A DNA stretch of 64,000 nt from Eledone cirrhosa (taxonomy: Eukaryota). Positions 44,719 through 60,065 of this stretch are shown here, piece by piece. The position numbers and the translations under genes are program-made. The DNA lies in contig OZ024743.1 in assembly GCA_964016885.1 (NCBI GenBank), positions 322,400,001 to 322,464,000 on the forward strand. The letters are read 5' to 3'. The notes under the pieces were generated by a model. It was not told where the DNA came from. It did no database searches and was given only the letters and a program-made list of their open reading frames with translations. Numbering within the stretch: the first letter of the stretch is position 1; every line of letters begins with the position of its first letter.

Positions 44719-45330
44719 TGCAAAAGACACTTACCCACCTCGATCTGGGTCCTTAACTTGGAGCTACAGTAGAACACACATACCCAACCTAGATCTGGGT
44801 CCTTAACTTGGAGCTACAGTAAAACATACATACCCACTTTGATCTGGGTCCTTAAGTTGGAGCTACAGTAAATGACACTTCTCGCCTCGATCTGGGTCCT
44901 TAACTTGCAGCTACAGTAAAACACACTTACCCACGTAGATCTGGGTCTTTAACTTGGAGGTACGATAAAGCACACTTACCAACCTCGATCTGGTTCCTTA
45001 AATTGGAACTACAGTAAAACATATTACCCACCTCGATCTGGGTCCTTAACTTGGAGCTACAGTAAAAGACACTTACCCACCTCGATCTGGGTCCTTAACT
45101 TGGAGCTACAGTAAAACATACTTACCCACCTTGATGTGGGTCCTTAACTTGGAGCTACAGTAAAAGACACTTATCCACCTCGATCTGGGACCTTAATTTG
45201 GAGCTACAGTAAAACACACTTACTCACCTCGATCTGGGTCCTTAACTTGGAGCTACAGTAAAAGACACTTACCCACCTCGATGTGGGTCCTTAACTTGGC
45301 GCTACAGTAAAACACACTTACCCACCTTTT

Positions 45331-48300
45331 CTGCGTGCTTAACTTAGAGCTACAGTAAAAGACACTTACCCACCTCGATCTGGGTCCTTAACTTGGAGAT
45401 ACAATAAAACACACTTACCCACATTGATCTGGGTCCTTCACTTGGAGCTACAGTAAAAGACACTTACCCACATTGATCAGTGTCCTTAACTTGGAGCTGC
45501 AGTAAAAGACACTTACCCACCTCGTCGGGTCCTTAACTTGGAGCTACAGTAAAACACACTTACCCACAATGATCTGGGTCCTTAACTTGGAGCTACAGTT
45601 AAACACACATATCCAACCTAGATCTGTGTCCATAACTTGGAGCTACAGTAAAACATACTTACCCACCTTGATTTGGGTCCTTAACTTGGATCTACAATAA
45701 AAGATACTTATCCACCTCGATCTGGGTACTTAACTTGGAGCTACTGCAAAAGACACTTACCCACATCGATCTGGGTTTAACTTGGAGCTACAGTAAAACA
45801 TACTTACCCACCTCGATCTCTGTCCTTAACTTGGTGCTACAGTAAAACACACTTACCCACCTCGATCTGCGTGCTTAACTTAGAGCTACAGTAAAAGGCA
45901 CTTACCCACCTCGATCTGGGTCCTTAACTTGGAGCTACACTAAAAGACACTTACCCACATTGATCTGGGTCCTTAACTTGGAGCTACAGTAAAAGAAACT
46001 TACCCCCATCGATCTGGCTCCTTAACTTGGAGCTACAGTAAAACACACTTACCCACCTTGATCTGGGTCCTTAAATTGGAGCTACAGCAAAAGACACTTA
46101 CCCACCTCGATCTGGGTCCTTAACTCGGAGCTACAGTAAAACACACTTACTCACCTCGATCTGGGTCCTTAACTTAGAGCTACAGTAAAAGACAGTTACC
46201 CACCTCGATCTGGGTCCTTAACTTGGAGCTACAATAAAACACACTTACCCACATTGATCTGGGTCCTTAACTTTGAGATACAGTAAAAGACACTTACCCC
46301 CATCGATCTGGGTCCTTAACTTGGAGCTACAGTAAAACACACTTACCCAAGCGATTTGGGTCCTTAACTTGGAGCTACAGTATAACACATTTACCGACCT
46401 CGATCTGGGTCATTAACTTGGAGCTACAGTAAATGACACTTACCCACCTCATCTAGGTCCTTAACTTGGAGCTACGGTAAAACACACTTACCCACCTAGA
46501 TCTGGGACCTTAACTTGGAGCTACAGTAAATCACACTTACCCACTTTGATCTGGGTCCTTAACTTGGAACTACAGTAAAACACACATACCCAACCTAGAT
46601 CTGGGTCCTTAACTTGGATCTACAGTAAAAGACACTTACCCACATTGATCTATGTCCTTAACTTGGAGCTGCAGTAAAAGACACTTACCCACCTTTTCTG
46701 GTCCTTAACTTGGAGCTACAGTAAAACACACTTACCCACTTTGATCTGGGTCCTTAACTTGGAGCTACAGTTAAACACACATAACCAACCTAGATCTGGG
46801 TCCATAACTTGGAGCTACAGTATAACATACTTACCCACCTCGATCTGGGTCCTTAACTTGGAGATACAGTAAAAGACACTTATCCACCTCGATCTGGGAC
46901 CTTAATTTGGAGCTACAGTAAAACAGACTTACTCACCTCGATCTGCGTGCTTAACTTAGAGCTACAGTAAAAGACACTTACCCACCTCGATCTGGGTCCT
47001 TAACTTGGAGATACAATAAAACACACTTACCCACATTGATCTGGGTCCTTAACTTGGAGCTACAGTAAAAGACACTTACCCACATTGATCAGTGTCCTTA
47101 ACTTGGAGCTGCAGTAAAAGACACTTACCCACCTCGTCTGGGTCCTTAACTTGGAGCTACAGTAAAACACACTTACCCACAATGATCTGGGTCCTTAACT
47201 TGGAGCTACAGTTAAACACACATATCCAACCTAGATCTGTGTCCATAACTTGGAGCTACAGTAAAACATACTTACCCACCTTGATTTGGGTCCTTAACTT
47301 GGAGATACAGTAAAAGATACTTATCCACCTCGATCTGGGTACTTAACTTGGAGCTACTGCAAAAGACACTTACCCACATCGATCTGGGTTTAACTTGGAG
47401 CTACAGTAAAACATACTTACCCACCTCGATCTCTGTCCTTAACTTGGTGCTACAGTAAAACACACTTACCCACCTCGATCTGCGTGCTTAACTTAGAGCT
47501 ACAGTAAAAGGCACTTACCCACCTCGATCTGGGTCCTTAACTTGGAGCTACAATAAAACACACTTACCCACATTGATCTGGGTCCTTAACTTGGAGCTAC
47601 AGTAAAAGAAACTTACCCCCATCGATCTGGCTCCTTAACTTGGAGCTACAGTAAAACACACTTACCCACCTTGATCTGGGTCCTTAAATTGGAGCTACAG
47701 CAAAAGACACTTACCCACCTCGATCTGGGTCCTTAACTCGGAGCTACAGTAAAACACACTTACTCACCTCGATCTGGGTCCTTAACTTAGAGCTACAGTA
47801 AAAGACAGTTACCCACCTCGATCTGGGTCCTTAACTTGGAGCTACAATAAAACACACTTACCCACATTGATCTGGGTCCTTAACTTTGAGATACAGTAAA
47901 AGACACTTACCCCCATCGATCTGGGTCCTTAACTTGGAGCTACAGTAAAACACACTTACCCAAGCGATTTGGGTCCTTAACTTGGAGCTACAGTATAACA
48001 CATTTACCGACCTCGATCTGGGTCATTAACTTGGAGCTACAGTAAATGACACTTACCCACCTCATCTAGGTCCTTAACTTGGAGCTACGGTAAAACACAC
48101 TTACCCACCTAGATCTGGGACCTTAACTTGGAGCTACAGTAAATCACACTTACCCACTTTGATCTGGGTCCTTAACTTGGAACTACAGTAAAACACACAT
48201 ACCCAACCTAGATCTGGGTCCTTAACTTGGATCTACAGTAAAACAAATTTACCCATCCCGATCTGGGTCCTTAACTTGGAGCTACAGTAAAAGACACTTA

Positions 48301-48538
48301 CCCACATTGATCTATGTCCTTAACTTGGAGCTGCAGTAAAAGACACTTACCCACCTTTTCTGGTCCTTAACTTGGAGCTACAGTAAAACACACTTACCCA
48401 CTTTGATCTGGGTCCTTAACTTGGAGCTACAGTTAAACACACATAACCAACCTAGATCTGGGTCCATAACTTGGAGCTACAGTATAACATACTTACCCAC
48501 CTCGATCTGGGTCCTTAACTTGGAGATACAGTAAAAGA
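45331..48538. repeat. ~1612-bp (33-monomer) tandem duplication
   Basis: GATCTGGCTCC at 46011/47624. Both copies share TTTTCTGGTCC and GTATAACATAC. The second copy has one extra monomer near 48240, after which the offset is 1662. Confidence 0.87.
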
Positions 48539-51500
48539 TACTTATCCACCTCGATCTGGGTACTTAACTTGGAGCTACTGCAAAAGACACTTACCCACCT
48601 TGATCTGGGTCCTTAACTTGGAGCTACAGTAAAAGACACTTACCCACCTCGATCTGGGTCCTTAACTTGGAACTACAGTAGAACACACATACCCAACCTA
48701 GATCTGGGTCCTTAACTTGGAGCTACAGTAAAACATACATACCCACTTTGATCTGGGTCCTTAACTTGGAGCTACAGTAAATGACACTTACCCACCTCGA
48801 TCTGGGTCCTTAACTTGCAGCTACAGTAAAACACACTTACCCACCTAGATCTGGGTCTTTAACTTGGAGGTACGATAAATTACACTTACCCACCTCGATC
48901 TGGTTCCTTAAATTGGAACTACAGTAAAACATATTACCCACCTCGATCTGGGTCCTTAACTTGGAGCTACAGTAAAAGACACTTACACACCTCGATCTGG
49001 GTCCTTAACTTGGAGCTACAGTAAAACATACTTACCCACCTTGATGTGGGTCCTTAACTTGGAGCTACAGTAAAAGACACTTATCCACCTCGATCTGGGA
49101 CCTTATTTTGGAGCTACAGTAAAACACACTTACACACCTCGATCTGGGTCCTTAACTTGGAGCTACAGTAAAAGACACTTACCCACCTCGATCTGGGTCC
49201 TTAACTAGGCGCTACAGTAAAACACACTTACCCACCTGATCTGCGTGCTTAACTTAGAGCTACAGTAAAAGACACTTACCCACCTCGATCTGGGTCCTTA
49301 ACTTGGAGATACAATAAAACACACTTACCCACATTGATCTGGGTCCTTAACTTGGAGCTACAGTAAAAGACACGTACCCACATTGATCAGTGTCCTTAAC
49401 TTGGAGCTGCAGTAAAAGACACTTACCCACTTCGTCTGGGTCCTTAACTTGGAGCTACGGTAAAACACACTTACCCACCTCGATCTGGATCCTTAACTTG
49501 GAGCTACGGTAAAACATACTTACCCACCTCGATCTGGGTCTTTAACTTGGAGATACAGTAAAAGATACTTATTCACCTCGATCTGGGTACTTAACTTGGA
49601 GCTACTGCAAAAGACACTTACCCACATCGATCTGGGTTTAACTTGGAGCTACAGTAAAACATACTTACCCACCTCGATCTCTGTCCTTAACTTGGCGCTA
49701 CAGTAAAACACACTTACACACATTGATCTGCGTGCTTAATTTAGAGCTACAGTAAAAGACAATTACCCACCTCGATCTGGGTCCTTAACTTGGAGCTACA
49801 ATAAAACACACTTACCCACATTGATCTGGGTCCTTAACTTGGAGCTACAGTAAAAGAAACTTACCCCCATCGATCTGGGTCCTTAACTCGGAGCTACAGT
49901 AAAACACGCTTACCCACCTGATCTGCGTGCTTAACTTAGAGCTACAGTAAAAGACACTTACCCACCTCGATCTGGGTCCTTAACTTGGAGATACAATAAA
50001 ACACACATACCCACATTGATCTGGGTCCTTAACTTGGACCTACAGTAAAAGACACTTACCCACATTGATCTGTGTCCTTACCTTGGAGCTGCAGTAAAAG
50101 ACACTTACCCACCTCGTCTGGTTCCTTAACTTGGAGCTACAGTAAAACACACTTACCCACAATGATCTGGGTCCTTAACTTGGAGCTACAGTTAAACACA
50201 CATATCCAACCTAGATCTGTGTCCATAACTTGGAGCTAAAGTAAAACATACTTACCCACCTTGATTTGGGTCCTTAACTTGGAGATACAGTAAAAGATAC
50301 TTATCCACCTCGATCTGGGTACTTAACTTGGAGCTACAGTAAAACACACTTACCCACCTTGATCTGGGTCCTTAAATTGGAGCTACAGCAAAAGACACTT
50401 ACCCACCTCGATCTGGGTCCTTGACTTGGAGCTACAGTAAAACACACTTACTCACCTCGATCTGGGTCCTTAACTTGGAGCTACAGTAAAAGACACTTAC
50501 CCACCTCGACTGGGTCCTTAACTTGGCGCTACAGTAAAACACACTTACCCACCTTGATCTGCGTGCTTAACTTAGAGCTACAGTAAAAGACACTTACCCA
50601 CCTCGATCTGGGTCCTTAACTTGGAACTACAATAAAACATACTTACCCACCTCGATCTGGGTCCTTAACTTGGAGCTACAGTAAAAGATACTTATCCACC
50701 TCGATCTGGGTACTTAACTTGGAGCTACAGTAAAAGACACTTACCCACCTGATCTGGGTTTAACTTGGAGCTACAGTAAAAGACACTTACCCACCTGATC
50801 TGGGTTTAACTTGGAGCTACAGTAAAACACACTTACCCACCTCTATCTGGTTCCTTAACTTGGAGCTACAGTAAAACACACTTACCCACCTGATCTGGGT
50901 CCTTAACTTGGAGCTACAGTTAAACACACATAACCAACCTATATCTGGGTCCATAACTTGGAGCTACAGTAAAACATACATACCCACCTCGATCTGGGTC
51001 CTTAACTTGGAGCTACAGTAAAAGATACTTACCCACCTCGATTTGGGTCCTTAACTTCGAGCTACAGCAAAAGACACTTACCCACCTCGATCTGGGTCCT
51101 TAACTTGGAGCTACAGTAAAAGACACTTACCCACCTCGTACTCTGTCCTTAACTTGGAGCTACAGTAAAACACACTTACCCACCTCCATCTGGGTCCTTA
51201 ACTTGGAGCTACAGTAAAACACACTTATCCACCTCGATCTGCGTCCTTAACTTAGAGCTACAGTAAAAGACGCTTACCCACCTCTATCTGTGTCCTTAAC
51301 TTGGAGCTACGATAAAACACACTTACACACCGTGATATGGGTCCTTAACTTGGAACTACAGTAAAACACACTTACCCACCTGATCTGGGTCCATAACTTG
51401 GAGCTACAGTAAAACATACATACCCACCTCGATCTGGGTGCTTAACTTGGGGCTACACTAAAAGATACTTACCCACCTCGATTTGGGTCCTTAACTTCGA

Positions 51501-51649
51501 GCTACAGCAAAAGACACTTACCCACCTCGATCTGGGTCCTTAACTTGGAGCTACAGTAAAAGACACTTACACACCTTGATCTGGGTTTAACTTGGAGCTA
51601 CAGTAAAACATACTTACCCACCTCTATCTGGGTCCTTAACTTGGAGCTA

Positions 51650-52820
51650 CAGCAAAAGACACTTACCCACCTCGATCTGGGTCCTTAACGTGGAGCTACA
51701 GTAAAAGACACTTACACACCTTGATCTGGGTTTAACTTGGAGCTACAGTAAAACATACATACCCACCTCGATCTGGGTCCTTAACATGGAGCTACAGTAA
51801 AAGACACTTACGCACCTTGATCTGGGACATTAACTTGGAGCTACAATAAAAGACACTTAATCAACTCGATCTGGGTCCTTTACTTGGAGCTACAGTAAAA
51901 CACACTTACCCGCCTTGATCTGTGTGCTTAACTTGGAGCTACAGTAAAAGACACTTACCCACCTCGTCTGGGTCCTTAACTTGGCGCTACAGTTAAACAC
52001 ACATACCCAACCTAGATCTGGGTCCATAACTTGGAGCTACAGTAAAACATACTTACCCACCTTGATCTGTGTCCTTATCTTGGAGCTACAGTAAAAGATA
52101 TTTACCCACCTCGATCTGGGTCCTTAAATTGGAGCTACAGTAAAAGACACTTACCCACCTCGATCTCTGTCCTTAACTTGGAGCTACAGTAAAAGACACT
52201 TACCAACCTTGATCTGGGTCCTTAACTTGGAGCTACAGTAAAACACACTTACCCACCTCGATCTTGGTACTTAACTTGGAGCTACAGTAAAACGCACTTA
52301 CCCACCTCGATCTGCGTCCTTAACTTAGAGCTACAGTAAAAGACAGTTACCCACCTCGATCTGGGTCCTTAACTTGGAGCTACAATAAAACACACTTACC
52401 CACATTGATCTGGGTCCTTAACTTTGAGATACAGTAAAAGACACTTACCCCCATCGATCTGGGTCCTTAACTTGGAGCTCCAGCAAAAGACACTTACCCA
52501 CCATGATCTGGGTCCTTAACTTGGAGCTACAGTAAAAGACACTTACACACCTTGATCTGGGTTTAACTTGGAGCTACAGTAAAACATACATACCCACCTC
52601 GATCTGGGTCCTTAACATGGAGCTACAGTGAAAGACACTTACGCACCTTGATCTGGGACATTAACTTGGAGCTACAATAAAAGACACTTAATCAACTCGA
52701 TCTGGGTACTTTACTTGGAGCTACAGTAAAACACACTTACCCGCCTTGATCTGTGTGCTTAACTTGGAGCTACAGTAAAAGACACTTACCCACCTCGTCT
52801 GGGTCCTTAACTTGGAGCTA
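51650..52820. repeat. Direct repeat of a ~340-bp block at 831-bp (17-monomer) spacing
   Basis: TTAACATGGA at 51781/52612, ACGCACC at 51810/52641 and TTAATCAAC at 51857/52688; CCCGCCTTG is present in both. Confidence 0.8.
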
Positions 52821-55800
52821 CAGTTAAAAACACATAACCAACCTAGATCTGGTTCCAGAACTTGGAGCTACAGTAAAAGATACTTACACACCTCGATCTG
52901 GGTCCTTAACTTGGAGATACAGTAAAACATACTTACCCACCTCGATCTCTGTCCTTAACTTGGCGCTACAGTAAAACACACTTACCCACATTGATCTGCG
53001 TGCTTAACTTAGAGCTACAGTAAAAGACACTTACCCACCTCGATCTGGGTCCTTAACTTGGAGCTACAATAAAACACACTTACCCACATTGATCTGGGTC
53101 CTTAACTTGGAGCTACAGTAAAAGAAACTTACCCCCATCGATCTGGGTCCTTAACTCGTAGCTACAGTAAAACACGCTTACCCACCTGATCTGCGTGCTT
53201 AACTTAGAGCTACAGTAAAAGACACTTACCCACCTCGTCTGGTTCCTTAACTTGGAGCTACAGTAAAACACACTTACCCACAATGATCTGGGTCCTTAAC
53301 TTGGAACTACAGTTAAACACACATATCCAACCTAGATCTGTGTCCATAACTTGGAGCTACAGTAAAACATACTTACCCACCATGATTTGGGTCCTTAACT
53401 TGGAGATACAATAAAACACACATACCCACATTGATGTGGGTCCTTAACTTGGAGCTACAGTAAAAGACACTTACCCACATTGATCTGTGTCCTTAACTTG
53501 GAGCTGCAGTAAAAGACACTTACCCACCTCGTCTGGTTCCTTAACTTGGAGCTACAGTAAAACACACTTACCCACAATGATCTGGGTCCTTAACTTGGAA
53601 CTACAGTTAAACACACATATCCAACCTAGATCTGTGTCCATAACTTGGAGCTACAGTAAAACATACTTACCCACCATGATTTGGGTCCTTAACTTGGAGA
53701 TACAGTAAAAGATACTTATCCACCTCGATCTGGGTACTTAACTTGGAGCTACAGTAAAACACACTTACCCACCTTGATGTGGGTCCTTAAATTGGAGCTA
53801 CAGCAAAAGACACTTACCCACCTCGATCTGGGTCCTTGACTCGGAGCTACAGTAAAACACACTTACTCACCTCGATCTGGGTCCTTAACTTGGAGCTACA
53901 GTAAAAGACACTTACCCACCTCGACTGGGTCCTTAACTTGGCGCTACAGTAAAACACACTTACCCACCTTGATCTGCGTGCTTAACTTAGAGCTACAGTA
54001 AAAGACACTTACCCACCTCGATCTGGGTCCTTAACTTGGAGCTACAATAAAACACACTTAGCCACCTCGATCTGGGTCCTTAACTTGGAGCTACAGTAAA
54101 AGATACTTATCCACCTCGATCTGGGTACTTAACTTGGAGCTACTGCAAAAGACACTTACCCACCTCGATCTGGATACTTAACTTGGAGCTACAGTAAAAG
54201 ACACTTACCCACCTGATCTGGGTTTAACTTGGAGCTACAGTAAAAGACTCTTACCCACCTGATCTGGGTTTAACTTGGAGCTACAGTAAAACACACTTAC
54301 CCACCTCTATCTGGTTCCTTAACTTGGAGCTACAGTAAAACACACTTACCCACCTGATCTGGGTCCTTAACTTGGAGCTACAGTTAAACACACATAACCA
54401 ACCTATATCTGGGTCCATAACTTGGAGATACAGTAAAACATACATACCCACCTCGATCTGGGTCCTTAACTTGGAGCTACAGTAAAAGATACTTACCCAC
54501 CTCGATTTGGGTCCTTAACTTCGAGCTACAGCAAAAGACACTTACCCACCTTGATCTGGGTCCTTAACTTGGAGTTACAGTAAAAGACACTTACCCACCT
54601 CGTACTCTGTCCTTAACTTGGAGCTACAGTAAAACACACTTACCCACCTCCATCTGGGTTCTTAGGTTGGAGCTACAGTAAAAGACACTTACCCACCTCT
54701 ATCTGGGTCCTTAACTTGGAGCTACGATAAAACACACTTACACACCGTGATATGGGTCCTTAACTTGGAACTACAGTAAAACACACTTACCCACCTGATC
54801 TGGGTCCTTAACTTGGAGCTACAGTTAAACACACATAACCAACCTATATCTGGGTCCATAACTTGGAGCTACAGTAAAACATACATACCCACCTCGATCT
54901 GGGTCCTTAACTTGGAGCTACAGTAAAAGATACTTACCCACGTCGATTTGGGTCCTTAATTTCGAGCTACAGCAAAAGACACTTACCCACCTCGATCTGG
55001 GTCCTTAACTTGGAGCTACAGTAAAAGACACTTACACACCTTGATCTGGGTTTAACTTGGAGCTACAGTAAAACATACTTACCCACCTCTATCTGGGTCC
55101 TTAACTTGGAGCTACAGTAAAACACACTTATCCACCTCGATCTGCGTCCTTAACTTGGAGCTACGATAAAACACACTTACCCACCGTGATATGGGTCCTT
55201 AACTTGGAACTACAGTAAAACATAATACCCACCTCGATCTGGGTCCTTAACTTGGAGCTACAGTAAAAGACACTTACCCACCTTGATCTTGGATATTAAC
55301 TTGGAGCTACAATAAAAGACACTTAATCAACTCGATCTGGGTCCTTTACTTGGAGCTACAGTAAAACACACTTACCCACCTTGATCTGTGTCCTTAACTT
55401 GGAGCTGCAGTAAAAGACACTTACCCACCTCGTCTGGGTCCTTAACTTGGCGCTACAGTTAAACACACATACCCAACCTAGATCTGGGTCCATAACTTGG
55501 AGCTACAGTAAAACATACTTATCCACCTCGATCTGTGTCCTTATCTTGGAGCTACAGTAAAAGATATTTACCCACCTCGATCTGGGTCCTTAAATTGGAG
55601 CTACAGTAAAAGACACTTACCCACCTCGATCTCTGTCCTTAACTTGGAGCTACAGTAAAAGAGACTTACACACCTTGATCTGGATCCTTAACTTGGAGCT
55701 ACAGTAAAACACACTTACCCACCTCGATCTTGGTACTTAACTTGGAGCTACAGTAAAACGCACTTACCCACCTCGATCTGCGTCCTTAACTTAGAGCTAC

Positions 55801-55978
55801 AGTAAAAGACAGTTACCCACCTCGATCTGGGTCCTTAACTTGGAGCTACAATAAAACACACTTACCCACATTGATCTGGGTCCTTAACATTGAGATACAG
55901 TAAAAGACACTTACCCCCATCGATCTGGGTCCTTAACTTGGAGCTACAGAAAAACGCACTTACCCACATTGATCTGTG

Positions 55979-56545
55979 TCCTTAACTTGGAGCTACAGTA
56001 AAAGACACTTACCCACATTGATCTGTGTCCTTAACTTGGAGCTGCAGTAAAAGACACTTACCCACCTCGTCTGGTTCCTTAACTTGGAGCTACAGTAAAA
56101 CACACTTACCCACAATGATCTGGGTCCTTAACTTGGAACTACAGTTAAACACACATATCCAACCTAGATCTGTGTCCATAACTTGGAGCTACAGTAAAAC
56201 ATACTTACCCACCATGATTTGGGTCCTTAACTTGGACATACAGTAAAAGATACTTATCCACCTCGATCTGGGTACATAACTTGGAGCTACAGTAAAACAC
56301 ACTTACCCACCTTGATGTGGGTCCTTAAATTGGAGCTACAGCAAAAGACACTTACCCACCTCGATCTGGGTCCTTGACTCGGAGCTACAGTAAAACACAC
56401 TTACTCACCTCGATCTGGGTCCTTAACTTGGAGCTACAGTAAAAGACACTTACCCACCTCGACTGGGTCCTTAACTTGGCGCTACAGTAAAACACACTTA
56501 CCCACCTTGATCTGCGTGCTTAACTTAGAGCTACAGTAAAAGACA
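55979..56545. repeat. Non-adjacent copy of 53441-54007 (offset 2538)
   Basis: ORFs 53487/56025. Both share TTGGAACTACAGTT, ACCATGATTT, GATGTGGGTCCTTAAATT and CCTTGACTCGG. Confidence 0.85.
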
Positions 56546-59500
56546 GTTACCCACCTCGATCTGGGTCCTTAACTTGGAGCTACAATAAAACACACTTACC
56601 CACATTGATCTGGGTCCTTAACATTGAGATACAGTAAAAGACACTTACCCCCATCGATCTGGGTCCTTAACTTGGAGCTACAGAAAAACGCACTTACCCA
56701 CCTCGATCTGCGTCCTTAACTTAGAGCTACAGTAAAAGACAGTTACCCACCTCGATCTAGGTCCTTAACTTGGAGCTACGGTAAAACACACTTACGCACC
56801 TAGATCTGGGACCTTAACTTGGAGCTACAGTAAATCACACCTACCCACCTCGATCTGGGTCCTTAACTTGGAACTACAGTAAAACACACATACCCAACCT
56901 AGATCTGGGTCCTTAACTTGGATCTACAGTAAAACAAATTTACCCATCCCGATCTGGGTCCTTAACTTGGAGCTACAGTAAAAGACACTTACCCACATTG
57001 ATCTATGTCCTTAACTTGGAGCTGCAGTACAAGACACTTACCCACCTTTTCTGGGTCCTTAACTTGGAGCTACAGTAAAACACACTTACCCACTTTGATC
57101 TGGGTCCTTAACTTGGAGCTACAGTTAAACACACATAACCAACCTAGATCTGGGTCCATAACTTGGAGCTAGAGTAAAACATACTTACCCACCTCGATCT
57201 GGGTCCTTAACTTGGAGATACAGTAAAACATACTTATCCACCTCGATCTGGGTACTTAACTTGGAGCTACTGCAAAAGACACTTACCCACCTTGATCTGG
57301 GTCCTTAACTTGGAGCTACAGTAAAAGACACTTACCCACCTCGATCTGGGTCCTTAACTTGGAGCTACAGTAGAACACACATACCCAACCTAGATCTGGG
57401 TCCTTAACTTGGAGCTACAGTAAAACATACATACCCACTTTGATCTGGGTCCTTAACTTGGCGCTACAGTAAAAGACACTTACCCACCTCGTCTGGGTCC
57501 TTAACTTGGAGCTACAGTAAAACACACTTACCCACCTCGATCTGGGTCCTTAACTTGGAGATACAATAAAACACACTTACCCACATTGATCTGGGTCCTT
57601 AACTTGGAGCTACAGTAAAAGACACTTACCCACATTGATCAGTGTCCTTAACTTGGAGCTGCAGTAAAAGACACTTACCCACCTCGTCTGGGTCCTTAAC
57701 TTGGAGCTACAGTAAAACACACTTCCCCACCTCGATCTGGATCCTTAACTTGGAGCTACAGTTAAACACACATAACCAACCTAGATCTGGTTCCAGAACT
57801 TGGAGCTACAGTAAAACATACTTACCCACCTCGATCTGGGTCCTTAACTTGGAGATACAGTAAAAGATACTTATTCACCTCGATCTGGGTACTTAACTTG
57901 GAGCTACTGCAAAAGACACTTACCCACATCGATCTGCGTTTAACTTGGAGCTACAGTAAAACATACTTACCCACCTCGATCTCTGTCCTTAACTTGGCGC
58001 TACAGTAAAACACACTTACCAACATTGATCTGCGTGCTTAACTTAGAGCTACAGTAAAAGACACTTACCCACCTCGATCTGGGTCCTTAACTTGGAGCTA
58101 CAATAAAACACACTTACCCACATTGATCTGGGTCCTTAACTTGGAGCTACAGTAAAAGAAACTTACCCCCATCGATCTGGGTCCTTAACTCGGAGCTACA
58201 GTAAAACACGCTTACCCACCTGATCTGCGTGCTTAAATTAGAGCTACAGTAAAACACACTTACCCACCTCGATCTTGGTACTTAACTTGGAGCTACAGTA
58301 AAACGCACTTACCCACCTCGATCTGCGTCCTTAACTTAGAGCTACAGTAAAAGACAGTTACCCACCTCGATCTGGGTCCTTAACTTGGAGCTACAATAAA
58401 ACACACTTACCCACATTGATCTGGGTCCTTAACATTGAGATACAGTAAAAGACACTTACCCCCATCGATCTGGGTCCTTAACTTGGAGCTACAGAAAAAC
58501 GCACTTACCCACCTCGATCTGCGTCCTTAACTTAGAGCTACAGTAAAAGACAGTTACCCACCTCGATCTAGGTCCTTAACTTGGAGCTACGGTAAAACAC
58601 ACTTACGCACCTAGATCTGGGACCTTAACTTGGAGCTACAGTAAATCACACTTACCCACCTCGATCTGGGTCCTTAACTTGGAACTACAGTAAAACACAC
58701 ATACCCAACCTAGATCTGGGTCCTTAACTTGGATCTACAGTAAAACAAATTTACCCATCCCGATCTGGGTCCTTAACTTGGAGCTACAGTAAAAGACACT
58801 TACCCACATTGATCTATGTCCTTAACTTGGAGCTGCAGTAAAAGACACTTACCCACCTTTTCTGGGTCCTTAACTTGGAGCTACAGTAAAACACACTTAC
58901 CCACTTTGATCTGGGTCCTTAACTTGGAGCTACAGTTAAACACACATAACCAACCTAGATCTGGGTCCATAACTTGGAGCTAGAGTAAAACATACTTACC
59001 CACCTCGATCTGGGTCCTTAACTTGGAGATACAGTAAAACATACTTATCCACCTCGATCTGGGTACTTAACTTGGAGCTACTGCAAAAGACACTTACCCA
59101 CCTTGATCTGGGTCCTTAACTTGGAGCTACAGTAAAAGACACTTACCCACCTCGATCTGGGTCCTTAACTTGGAGCTACAGTAGAACACACATACCCAAC
59201 CTAGATCTGGGTCCTTAACTTGGAGCTACAGTAAAACATACATACCCACTTTGATCTGGGTCCTTAACTTGGCGCTACAGTAAAAGACACTTACCCACCT
59301 CGTCTGGGTCCTTAACTTGGAGCTACAGTAAAAGACACTTACCCACCTCGATCTGGGTCCTTAACTTGGAGATACAATAAAACACACTTACCCACATTGA
59401 TCTGGGTCCTTAACTTGGAGCTACAGTAAAAGACACTTACCCACATTGATCAGTGTCCTTAACTTGGAGCTGCAGTAAAAGACACTTACCCACCTCGTCT

Positions 59501-60065
59501 GGGTCCTTAACTTGGAGCTACAGTAAAACACACTTCCCCACCTCGATCTGGATCCTTAACTTGGAGCTACAGTTAAACACACATAACCAACCTAGATCTG
59601 GTTCCAGAACTTGGAGCTACAGTAAAACATACTTACCCACCTCGATCTGGGTCCTTAACTTGGAGATACAGTAAAAGATACTTATTCACCTCGATCTGGG
59701 TACTTAACTTGGAGCTACTGCAAAAGACACTTACCCACATCGATCTGCGTTTAACTTGGAGCTACAGTAAAACATACTTACCCACCTCGATCTCTGTCCT
59801 TAACTTGGCGCTACAGTAAAACACACTTACCAACATTGATCTGCGTGCTTAACTTAGAGCTACAGTAAAAGACACTTACCCACCTCGATCTGGGTCCTTA
59901 ACTTGGAGCTACAATAAAACACACTTACCCACATTGATCTGGGTCCTTAACTTGGAGCTACAGTAAAAGAAACTTACCCCCATCGATCTGGGTCCTTAAC
60001 TCGGAGCTACAGTAAAACACGCTTACCCACCTGATCTGCGTGCTTAAATTAGAGCTACAGTAAAA
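56519..60065. repeat. 1811-bp (37-monomer) tandem duplication, near-identical copies
   Basis: Identical ORFs 57642/59453. AACATTGAGATAC at 56620/58431. Both share CACTTCCCC, GATCTGCGTTTAAC and GCTTAAATTAG. Confidence 0.92.
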
